The notes below the pieces were generated by a model. The model searched no databases. It saw nothing but the letters and a program-made list of their open reading frames with translations, and was not told the DNA's origin. From Eledone cirrhosa (lineage: Eukaryota), in contig OZ024747.1 in assembly GCA_964016885.1 (NCBI GenBank), positions 7,626,001-7,690,000 of the forward strand: DNA of 64,000 bases, read 5' to 3'. Both the position numbers and the translations under genes were made by a program. This document shows, piece after piece, positions 11,851 through 24,000 of the stretch (position 1 is its first letter; each line of letters starts with the position of its first letter).

Positions 11851-12145
11851 AAATAAAATAAAACAAGGACGATTGGTTACTCCTTCATTACGTTTATTGG
11901 TTGGTGTCGCGCGTTTCGCCACTGATCAGCTCAAGGTTCGATCTGTATCGATCTAGCCCGACTCTGTAATCCGCGGTTCGTCAGACCCCTTGCAATGGTA
12001 ATGGAAAAATGATTCCAGATTACAGAGTCAGACTAGATCAATACAGATTGAACCTTGAGCTGATCAGTGGCAAAACGCGCGACACCAACCAATAAACGTA
12101 ATGAAGGAGTAACCAATCGTCCTTGTTTTATTTTATTTTACTATA
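11844..12145. repeat. Long inverted repeat (128-bp arms, 46-nt spacer), Penelope-like inverted pLTR arrangement
   Basis: Arms 11844-11971 and 12018-12145, 5 mismatches counted by eye; degenerate hammerhead core on - strand. Confidence 0.85.
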
Positions 12146-12816
12146 ATACACTCTGTCTAGCTCTACACCTCGACACTGAAGTGAGCCTAAACATCGAGTG
12201 CTCACTCGGGTGAACCTACAGTAACTCCAAGTTACACTCCCTGTATTTATATAGATGCTCAAATTTCCACTTGCAAAGGGATTGTCATGTGGTCTTAGAT
12301 TTTATTATAATTATATATATATATATATATACAGATGATGAGAAGGAGTGGGGTGCTGAAAAAGGCCTGTCCAACCCATGCAAGTATGGAAAAGCGGACA
12401 TGATGATGATGATGTGTGTCTGAATGTATCTATCTATGTCTGTTGTTATGTTGGTGTGTGTATGTATGAGGAAGTATATGTATACGTTTATTGAAAGCCA
12501 TTGAAGATTGATTGCTTTCTTGTTGATGGGTTTTAGCACTCTGTTTCCATAGAAACAGAAGAGATGACTTCAATTTAGACTCACTCACCCACCCTCCGTC
12601 CTTCCTTGACCCATGAGTTGAAATATCTTTCTATTTGAGGAGATCGATTGGAGAGCAAACAAAATAAGAATGATATTGTAAAACTGTGGAATTTGAGGAA
12701 ATAAGTGGTCTGTGTCCTGTGGAGAAGCAGTGAAGTCTTATGTTTCAGATGGAACATTTTATAAGATTAAGATGAAATTTAGTTGGGATGTAAATATTAT
12801 TATTTAATGCTTGCAG

Positions 12817-13250
12817 AAGGCGGTGGATTAGCAGTATCGGTAAAGTCGGACACCATGCTTTGCAGCATAGAGTTATGGCCTTTTACGGTCGGTCTGAGTT
12901 CAAATCTCGCCGAGGTTAATGTTGCCTTTCATCCTTACGGGGTCGATAAAATAAAGTACCAGTAACATACTGAGGTCGATTTAATCAACTTTCCCCTCCC
13001 CCAAAATGACTGGCCTTGTGACTATACTAGAAATCATTATTTAATACCTGCCGGGTGGTGGATTGGCAGTATTAGTAGAGAGTCGGACACCTTGCTTTAC
13101 AGCACAGAGTTATGGCCCTTTGCGTTCTGAGTTCAAATCCTGCTGAGGTTAACTTTACCTTTCATCCTTACAGGGTCAATTAAATAAAGTACCAGTAATG
13201 CACTGGGATAATTGGTGGCCTTGTGCCAAAAAGTAGAAACAGTTATCATT
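12817..13250 (+). mobile_element. Two tandem full-length Meta-like SINEs
   Basis: Head GGCGGTGGATTAGCAG..GAGTTCAAATC, core GCCTTTCATCCTTACGGGGTCGATAAAATAAAGTACCAG, (ATT)n tail; repeated twice. Confidence 0.75.
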
Positions 13251-13460
13251 TACATATTATTATTATTGTTGTTATTCCTTGAATCTCAGTCATTGATGTT
13301 GGTTAACTGGAAAGTCCGTTGGATTGAATATCAAGCCACTACCTGCAGCCTCAGATATTCAGGACGTATCGGAGGGTTCTTGCTGTTCCAAGCAAGCATG
13401 CCTTTTGAAGCGTTCCAAAAAGCGTGAAGGGGCCGATTTTCTTTAACCATCCCTGGAAAC

Positions 13461-13514
<54 letters not shown>

Positions 13515-13587
13515 TGCATACTCACCAGCTTTTTTCTTTTATTTTTACTCTCACGCTTCTCTTCCTTATAGCATCTGTGCACGCACC

Positions 13588-13848
13588 ATGTCATCTGCGA
13601 ACATACGTACTCATAGTGTCCCTACTGGAGACACCTGGGGCAATGAATGCTTTTCCTCGAAAAGCCAGAGAAAGCGTTCTGACAGGCAAATGAATCTAAC
13701 CAACAGACAGAACTCCCTAAACTATCGACTCTCAAATGCAGATGCCCAGATCATTGAGCAGGGTAAACAACGGTGGCAGGAAAAATACAATTCAGTTCTG
13801 ATATCCCACAAGACCAAGAAAAAAGAAACTAAACCTCAAACCACCAAT
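13588..13848 (+). CDS. GPAM: GPAM coding exon 1 (MSSANIRTH...KPQTTN)
   Basis: Pyrimidine-rich acceptor ending 13571, GCACCATG start context, phase-0 GTGAGT donor matching next exon; little homology support. Confidence 0.7.
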
Positions 13849-16800
13849 GTGAGTCTTAGCTAAATCTCACATTAAACTGTTCAGTTTGTTAACTTATTTT
13901 TATTTATTTTTATTTATTATTATTATAATTTTCCCTGGAGGGAAGGGTGGTTGAATGGTAGAATTAGTAGAGTATCGGACAAAATGGTTTGTCGTATTTA
14001 ATTAAGACTTTCTATGTTCTGAGTTCAAATCCCACTGAGATCAATTTTGCTTTTCATCCTTCCAGGGTCAATAAATTACCAGTTAAGTTACTGGAGGCAA
14101 TATAATTGACTTTCCTCTTCCCTTAGATTGCTGGCCTTGTGCCGAGGTTAGAAAAAATTATTTTCCCCAGAGAGAGATGGGCTCTGCCAGTCTGTACATG
14201 CCCAAGATACACTGCATATGCAACGACCCCCACCGGATGAAAGGAAAAGTGAAGTGAAGGGATTCTTATTTTGTTAGGGTTTGATAAAATAAATACTAGT
14301 GGCCTTAGGTGTTCAGTCCTCCTTGCACATGAGGACTGGATACCTTATTTGTATACCATGTATACAAATAAATATATAATGTAATCAACTATATCACTCT
14401 GCTCTAAACATTCTCAAGGGCTTGTTAAAATATGGTAGAATAAACTTATTTTACAACATTCTTTGTTGTGAAGGGTCTTTCATCTATTTGCAAGTTCTAA
14501 TAAGTCAAGTTGGAACCAAGTAGTTTCTGGGGTTGTTTAGCCCCCCCACCTAATTATTTGTTTAAACAAACCTATGATCAAACATATTCCAGTTGACTAT
14601 ACAAATAATCCTGCAAATTTGTGGTCTGGTGTCTGTTATAAGCATCATCCGTTTTCCATGCTGGCATGGGTTGAATTGGTTGTTGCACCCTGAGATTGGG
14701 TGAAGCTGGAGAAACCTTGTCTTGCTCATATGTTCCATTTCTGGCATGATTTCTACAGTTGGATGGCCATCCTAACACCAACCACCTTACAGGGCGTACT
14801 GGATGCATTTTATTATGGCACTAGCACTACTTCTTTACAGGGTGTACTGGGTGTTTTTCATCATGACAATGGCATGACAACTTTATAATTTATTTTTAGG
14901 TCACATTCATTATCATTATTACTCTATCTCTCCCTCATTATTATTCTTATACCATTATACTTAATTCCCATCATGACTTCAGCCTAATGACGGACATCAT
15001 CGGATCTATAAAGGTGAAGATCAAATGGCTTCCTTCATTACTGATTCAACACGATACAGTGAGTAGGATAGAGGGTGACAAATGAGAGAGCAGTAAAAGG
15101 ACACTTAATGGAGATGTGACAAGAGGATATATTATAAACAGGATATATTATATATTCCAACTTCCATCATTGCTATCTTAATTTTAATGCCTGTTTTGTC
15201 ATGTTTTCTAGCAATGGCCTGTTCTTCTCCAGTACAGCCAGTTATTATGATTCTATGTCCTTTTCATTTTTGAAGTCAGTCTTCACCACATAGTCTCCAT
15301 GTCTGCCTTGGTCTCTTTCTTTCTCAGATTCTATCCATTTTACTAGTTTCCGTCATTAGACTGGCTATGCTGGGGCAAAATTGAATGTAATATTTTTTTA
15401 AAAGATTGTTCAAATAACTCATTTTTCATTACCGAGACTTTTATGAATAACCAAATGGTAAACACCAAAATGTGAGTGTGTGTCAGTATTAGTATCCCTT
15501 TCGTCAAATCCTGCCGAGGTTAACTTTGTCTTTCATCCTTACGAGGTCGATAAAATAAAGTACCAGTAATGCACTGGTATAATTGCTGGCTTTGTGCCAA
15601 AAAGTAGAAACAATTATTATCCCTTTAATCTGAAGACTGCTACCCTACTTCGACCCTAATATGGCATCCACTTCATGGTCCTAGCTGGCAGGATGAAGAA
15701 GACATTGCTCCAGAGGATGGTGAGGGAGACATGATGGAAGAGCCACTCCATTTGGCTGGGTTCTCACTTTTGTGTAGTCAACTCCGATAACAAGTGAGCA
15801 GGGATGTGGTTTGGGGGCCAAGAACTTTGGGAGTCTCCACTGTCACAGGCTTGACTACATATTTATCAGAAAGTGGTTGATACTTTGACAGTTTGCCTTC
15901 TTCAGCCTGGCTTACAGCGAAGCCCAGGTCTGAAACGTTCATATATCTGAATCAGATGATATCTATTTTGGACATTCTGCTAGTTATGGTGGACTTCAGA
16001 GATTATATACTGTTATGGAGGCATTGATTGACTTCTTTTTTGACTACACTTCATGTGTAGTAGTCTAACTGCTCTAATTGACTTTCTGGGGTTCTTATTG
16101 CTAATTTTCTGAACCCGTCGTACAAATTTGGGTGTTTGATGGTATTAGGATCCTTAGAAGGTGTTTTATGTTTGACTACTGTCGTGGTATCCCCATCAGT
16201 GGCTTCCAGCTCTTTGCAAACTTTGACAATAAACACCTATACAACTATATAAACAAAAGACGTGTCCTCAAAGAACTGAGCAACCCTGTATGTATGTGGA
16301 CATAAAGCAAAGCTTGGGGTAACCAATGCCTGATGAGTGAAATTGGTTAACAGAAACTGTACAAAGCCTCTGTGTGTGTGTGTATATGTGAGTATGTATA
16401 TATATATATGTGTGTGTTGTGAGTGTGTGCTTGTCTCTATGTCCTTGTTTTGCATTTAGCATTGCCAGTGCAGATGATGATGTTTGTTTACGTCCTGTAT
16501 AAACAGAGGTCCCACAGTCTTAGAGATGTAAAGATCCAAGCTTTAAAGAAAATTTAAAAAAACCAGCAGTCACCCATACATACCAGTCTCCTCTTTCAAT
16601 GCTACTGATGTTGTCCAAAGGATAAGCAATGGCTGTTAATAGCTTGGAATCAAGGACGTCATGACTCATTTCTACAGCTGAGTGAACTGGAGCAGCGTGA
16701 CACAACAGACTGCCCAGTCCAAGAATCAAACTCATAACCTGATGATTGTAAGACTAACACTCTAAACACTAAGCCATATGACGTATATTACATTGTATAT

Positions 16801-19800
16801 GTTGCACACATACTCTTATGTATGTATAGACCTATAACTCCTGGTGAAGTTGTAGGGGCACAGTAATGACATACAATGTTTCTTTGAGCAACTTCAAACC
16901 TTGTGGAGCCCATCCCTTCTCTAGTTCTGAACATAGCCAATTTCTGCCAGAGAAGGAGAGAGATAGTAAGAAACAGATATAGAAAAAAGAGTCAACCTTA
17001 GTACTGGACTGGACAGAACTGGACCAGACTGGACTGGACTGGTACTTTATATATCAACCTCAAAAAGGATGAAAAGCAAAGTTGACCTCAGTGGGGGTTG
17101 AACACTGAGAGCCAAAAGGAATACTGCAAATCATTCTACCCAACATTTTAACGGCTCTGCCAATTCACCACCTCTCACACACACGTGTGTTGCTAGGCAC
17201 ACATACACGTGTGTTTGTGTGTGTCACAAGACATACACGTATGCTTGTATGTGTCACATGTGTTTATGAGTGTCACAAGGCACACCTACACAATTATCAT
17301 TGTTTCTACACCAATTCCATTATTTATTACCATCACTGTTACATCTATTCTGATGCAATGTACGTTTCATTTCTATTGTTTTTTTAGTTGAATGTCGACA
17401 TATTGGCAAACTTCAAGATAGCCCCCATTGTTAAAGCTGACCAGCTTATATCATACCGAACCTTTATGGGGTTTTCTTGTCCATGCTTCCCGGAAAGCCG
17501 TGTGAGTATTCTTTTATTATGTTATGTGGAAGTTGCCTCTTGTGTGTGTTTGGGGTGTGGTGCCCATATCAGAGTTGAATAAGGTGGATTTTGTCAGAGT
17601 GCACCTGAATAAAAATGTGAATGTATGTGTTTTGTGAGGAGAGAAATTGGTTTATTTTTATTGTCCAGCAAAGTTTGATGAGCAGAGCAGGTAGCCTTTT
17701 TTACAACTAAAGAGAGGTGTGTATGTGTATGCATGTGAGCTTATATTGAAGTGTGTATGTCTGTGTGTGAGAGAGAGAGAGACAGACAGACAGACAAACA
17801 GCAAGAGAAATAAAGTAACACAGAATGTTCTGTCTTCTCCAGAAAACTATTACTTCAGAAAATATTTTGCAAGACTCACTGCAGAATGTCCTTGATGTTC
17901 GGTCTGAGCTGAGGTAAGTAGTTTACTTTTACTCAGTTCCTTCATTTGTAATTGCCAATGTAGGATTTTCCTGTTAATCTGGGTTACTTCATACCTTCTA
18001 ACGTGTTCGTTTTTATATTTTCATACCTGATCTGTGTAAATTTTACTTCAATCTTGGCTTATTTCATATTATTTCATTGGTCAGGCTTGTTTTATAGTCA
18101 TTCATAAAGGTAACATTTACCTTTGATTTAATTAACCTTCTGGTCTGAGTAATCTTTTTGAACTTAGCCAGGAAATTATGTCTGAATATTCTGGGTTTAC
18201 ACAATTTCTCTGTCTGTGTATATTTTCTATATTCTTTACTTGTTTTTCAGACATCCATCCAGATTTGAAACAATATTCCCATACTTGGCATACAGCTTGC
18301 AACGTAAGACTGGCTATGTCTACCCGGATTTGTCTTTATCGGTACTCATATCCAGCAGGTGAGTTGGTCTGACTGTAACATTATGCTATCAATGTCACAT
18401 AACTCCCATACAAACCAAACAAGAAGCCTTTTCATGATTGCTTGACCTGCTAGAAATAATTGTCAAACCTCCCTCAAATCATACTCAACTAGATAATGTG
18501 GGCCTAGATTCCCTTCACAGTCAATTTTGTGAAATGTGTGCAAAGGTCCCATAATTTATTTATAGGAGAAATTGAATTATTTTCTCTCAATTGGATGTCC
18601 CTTCTTTTCAATAGTCATACAACTGTATATGTATATATATGTGTGTGTGTATCTATATATATATGTGTGTGTGTGTGTATATATATGTTTGTGTGCATAA
18701 TAGATATCAAGATGAATGGACCTGTTATTGTTTTCTAAAGACATTTTTTCCAATTCCAACCCACCCGTCCTCTCAATCTATCTTATTTCTCATTCTTTCT
18801 TCTGATGAAGGACTAGCGTCCGAAACATTAAGACCCTCTTCCTGCTATATCAAGCGTTAACCTAATATATCCCTTCCATATACTGTACCGATTGTGTTGT
18901 TATTTCTGTTTACCTTTTACATACACACACACACACATAATATATATATAATTTTATATTATATGGTATAATATAACTGAATTTTATGTAATTCGATATT
19001 GTACCCAGTTTCATAGAGCACATTGATAGAGATAGCACAAAAATATTTGAGAAATACATATTTTCCTTACATATTGTTTCTTCAAACATTTTCTCTAGAG
19101 TACAAGATGCCGTCCAGCAAAATGTACAGAAGACAATTGAAAGTAAGTTTTGTTTTGTTCTCATTTTAATTTTTTTGTTTTTGCTTCCGAACCAAAATAC
19201 TCTCCTCATCTCAACAAGATGATGTTGGTAAAAAGAGAGGGGTTTATAAACATAAAACACCCAGTCCATGCTGTAAATGTGGTTGGCATTAAGAAGAACA
19301 TCCAGCTGGAGAAACCAAACCCAAATCAGTTCTGTATGAATGAACAAGACACAGTCACCTAATCTGACTTCTCTCACAACAGGACAACTCATCTATTCCA
19401 TGTTAGCATGGAAAATAGACATTAAACAGTGATGATGATAATAAGGATGAAAACAAATACTGGATTGGAAGATGGTTGATTCCGACATTTTATATGCATG
19501 TGTGTCTATCTCCATCCTTTATTTTTCTTCCTGTTTCTTATAATAATAGTAATATAATAATAATGAGATTGAGTCAATAAAGTCCAAGGAAACTTATGGA
19601 GGTTTCTGTTTTGAGTATGTTTGTGTAACTATACATTCTTTCTGAAGTCAGAAATATTGAATTAGATTTAAGCCCCTAGAGTCTGTGTTGGTGAAAAATT
19701 AGTTCATTATAAACTTGACAAAGAGGAATGTGTTTTGGGGATGTGATGCAAATTCGTTAATTGAATAAAAATGAATTGAATATTGACTAGTTTCGATGTG

Positions 19801-21033
19801 GCTTTGTAGCTGAACCAAATGCTAAGGTGGATAAAATCCTCAAGACTGAGAAACAACGCTCCAAGAAGACCATTGATCGAATGAAAGCTTGTATATCACA
19901 CTGGGCAGTAAAGTAAGTATTTCAGTTGACTTCTTTCTTTACAGCACTCAGAGCCAGAAAATACTTCAGTCCTCTACAAAAAATAAATGCAACTCACATT
20001 AAGTGTACTGTTCTCTTATGTGAGACAGTGATGCTGTCACACAAATGTCATGAATTTCATTTCAAACTCTAGGCTTTCTCTTCAGCCTTGACCTTTGCTG
20101 ATCCTCTATAAAGTTTCTATGTAACTGACATGAAGACTACTGCTCTCATATCTGAGACAGTGCTGCTGTTATACACATTGACATCCTAGATCACACCAAT
20201 AGGATGATTGACAAAACTCCACTCACTAACATCACTATATACAACTACTGGCTCTCAAACATACTCCCTCTCTTTATATCTCTCTCTCAAATTGCAGCCT
20301 ACCATCTTAGAAAAGGACATGTTTGATAATGCAGTCTTGGAGTCCTTACATATAAGAAAAAGATGGGATAGTCATAGCTGGAATGCCTATGATCATAGGT
20401 CTGCTTGATTAAGGTTAGCCTTTGGGTTAACCATCAGTCTGTACCCTAGCAACCTTTGAGTTAACCATCAGTCTGTACCCTAGCTACCTTTGGGTTAGCC
20501 ATCAGTCTGTACCCTAGCTACCTTTGGGTTAGCCATCAGTCTGTACCCTAGCAACCTTTGAGTTAACCATCAGTCTGTACCCTAGCTACCTTTGGGTTAG
20601 CCATCAGTCTGTACCTCAGCAACCTTTGAGTTAACCATCAGTCTGTACCCTAGCTACCTTTGGGTTAGCCATCAGTCTGTACCTTAGCAACCTTTGAGTT
20701 AACCATCAGTCTGTACCCTAGCTACCTTTGGGTTAACCACCAGTCTGTACTCTAGCAACTTTTGAGTTAACCACCAGTCTGTACTCTAGCAACCTTTGAG
20801 TTAACCACCAGTCTGTAACCTAGCAACATTCAAGTTAACCATTAATTAATATACTACCTGTTCTAATCTCTGCTTAACTGTTATCTAAAATTACTATTTT
20901 TCCTGCTCTGTTTCTCTCTTGCAGTGCCATTGGTTTCTCCTTGTTTAAATTCCTTGGTTCAATACTACGGAGCCTTCAAGTTCATCGGTCACAGTTGAAT
21001 ATAATTAAAAATTTAGAAAAGGTAAGCATGCAG

Positions 21034-21071
<38 letters not shown>

Positions 21072-24000
21072 GTTTAACGTCCATGTTCCACGCTGATGCA
21101 GTCATAGTGCTATTTTGTATTTTCCAAGAATGTCTTGCTAATGTGGTTTCATATGATACAGGACTTAAGGAGTTAATTTAATCAACTATATTCATTTCTT
21201 CGGAATTTGAAGCATTGTGCCTCTCTCGGTAATAATTCTAATTACAACTGTTGTTATTTCTCTTACAGAATGGTCATCCCATAATCTACCTACCTTTACA
21301 TAAAAGTCATCTTGATTACATTATTGTCACCTGGATACTGTGGATTCATGATATGCGAGTGCCTTATGTGGCAGCTGGGGACAACCTGAACATCCCTATT
21401 TTGGGGTTTGTAACACCTTTCTTTGTTTTCTCTTATGACACATTGTAGTATAACTGTACTCTAATGACACATTGTCATATATCATTGTACTCTAGTGACC
21501 AGGATGACCTGGGGCTAAACAGTATATTTTCTATTCATAAAGCAATGTTTTCTCCCTTTACCCATTGTGGTATAGTTAACCTGGGAGTGGGATGGGACTC
21601 TAGGTGGTTGTATGACATGCTAGAAATATAGCAACCAAACCTGCCTCACAGTACGCTCAAGAGCAGTGTTTCCCAACCTTTTTCATGCTTGCACGCCTAA
21701 AAAAATGTTCATTATGTTCTCGCACCCCTTAAAAATGTAATAATTTATTTTAGGATTAAGAAGACGAATTAATACTAAATTTGAGCAACAAATTTATATA
21801 ATCTTAATTTTTTAATAATATGCAAACGAAGATGAAACATGGAAAAGAAAAAATATAACAAATTAAAATTTAAATAAATCCTAAAAAACAATTAAATTAT
21901 CATTCATGTATGAAATTACTGGAATACTATCTCGCACCCCTGGTTGGGAAACCCTGCCCTAGAGAAAGGAAAAGCTGCATTAGATAATATTCTCTAAAAA
22001 CACGGGGTGGTCACGACTGGAATGATCTTTGATCCTAGGGTTAAATAACAGCTACCATTTTGGTTGTTGTGTTATTTTAATTTGGCATTTGTTGAACAAT
22101 AGTGTTATTAGTAATAGGTTTCCAATAAGTTAATCACTGGTTCACTACGAACATTTTTTTCTTGACAATATTTATATCTTTCTATACATCAGCAAGTTCT
22201 ATGTACATACACTCATACACACACACACACATGTATATATGAGTCACTTCCACACAGTTTTTATCTACTACATTCTGCTCGTATGGAATTAGTCAGCTGC
22301 GGTTATATAGTAGAAAGCTTATGGTGCTGTACAATGAGATTGAACTTTAAACCACACGGTTGCCAAACAGATATTTTTAAAATGTGCTAGTGCCTATGTC
22401 CTCATTGAAATACAAGTTTTCATCCATTACCCACATTTTTACACTATTTCTTATTTTGCATTTCAGGCCGGTATTAAGGGCTCTAGGAGGATTCTTTATC
22501 CGAAGACGGTTGGACACAAATGGCAAGAGAGATCTAGTCTACAGATCAGTCTTACAATCAGTAAATAAATTCTTTTACATCTATAGTAAATGTTTTTATG
22601 TCTCTCTAGTAAATTCTTTAACATCACTACTTTGAAAACTATATTTGAAGAGGTTTTTAATTATTTGGATGTCTATACGTCCTGTTATTATTAAACTATT
22701 TTATTTAGTCAAAGTTATGGTAAAATCTTCTAATTTAATTATATATATATATATATAACTGTACTCTTTGCTTTTTGAGTCTCATCTTTCTATTTCGTTC
22801 ATGCTCATAGTACATGGAAGAACTTCTCCAAGAAGGCCAGTCTTTGGAATTCTTTATAGAAGGAGGAAGAAGTCGGAGTGGCAAAGCTCTCTATCCGAAA
22901 GGTGGTCTATTGTCAGTTATAGTAGACACCTTTCTACAAGGTCAGTATTACACTTCATGATATTTTCTCACATTTTATTATCACACTCCAACCTCTAGCC
23001 TGCAGATGTCTTGTCTCTTCTCTCTGCCATTTCTGTCACTATTCAATTCTCTCATTACCTTTATTGTGTCAAACTAAAAAAAAAAGTCTAAAGTCTGTCT
23101 TGAGCCCGGAGGCCTGTGAAAGCCATGGGCACAGCCTTTTTTCCATACCAAATTATTATAAAAGTAAAAGGGGACTTGATCAGGTGACATCAGCATTCAA
23201 CTTGACATTCTAATGACTCTGCCAGTTCGCCATCCTCTGTTGGTGTTTACAATGCCCTAATAACTAATACAAATTATCTATTATATCTAAATAATTCAAA
23301 ATTTGTTCATTTTGTTTATTTTCAGGTTCTATACAAGATGCCTACATTGTACCAATCACTATTAGCTATGAGAAGTTGGTGGAGGGGAATTTTGTAGAAG
23401 AACAAATGGTAAGATGACATTTTGTTTTAGATTTTTACTATAGGTGGCTTAGGTCGTTTGTTTTACACTAGGTCAGCTCTTATCTAGCAGAATTTTGATC
23501 AAAAATATTCTTGCTATGCCAATTCCATCTAGTTTTCAGATAGTACCTAATGAATCCTTTCGATTTTTTAAAGAATATCTATCCAAGATCACCCCCACCT
23601 CTCTCACATCACCTGTCAAACCCCACCACAATTGCCAAACACACATGGCATACTTTCTCACCCCTTTTTCCCCTCACTCTCTTGATACTTATGATATACT
23701 TGTTATCTTCCCTTCTCACCCACCTATTGTCACTCACTCACCCCTGATGTCCTTCTTACTTCCTGTCACACTTGGGAGATGTCATCGCCCCTCCATAGAG
23801 TAGAGAAGGCGCTTCTGTCAAGTCAATGACCAACAACCTCCCTTGTGCTGGTGCCACGATAAAATGCACCCAGTATACTTTGTAAGGTGGTTGGTGTTAG
23901 AAAAGGCATCCAGCCATAGAAACCATACGAAAAAGGTCTGAGAAGACTCTTCAGTTGTGTCTAGTGCCTGACAATGTACTGTTGCTATGATAAAACGCAT

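Noticed and set aside
16051-16236. Minus-strand 61-aa ORF as a nested gene exon
   Set aside because: No recognisable homology or partner exons; overlaps the better-supported plus-strand candidate exon.
16331-16350. CTGATGA..GAAA as another hammerhead
   Set aside because: No stem II between the motifs; part of a reversed SINE fragment.
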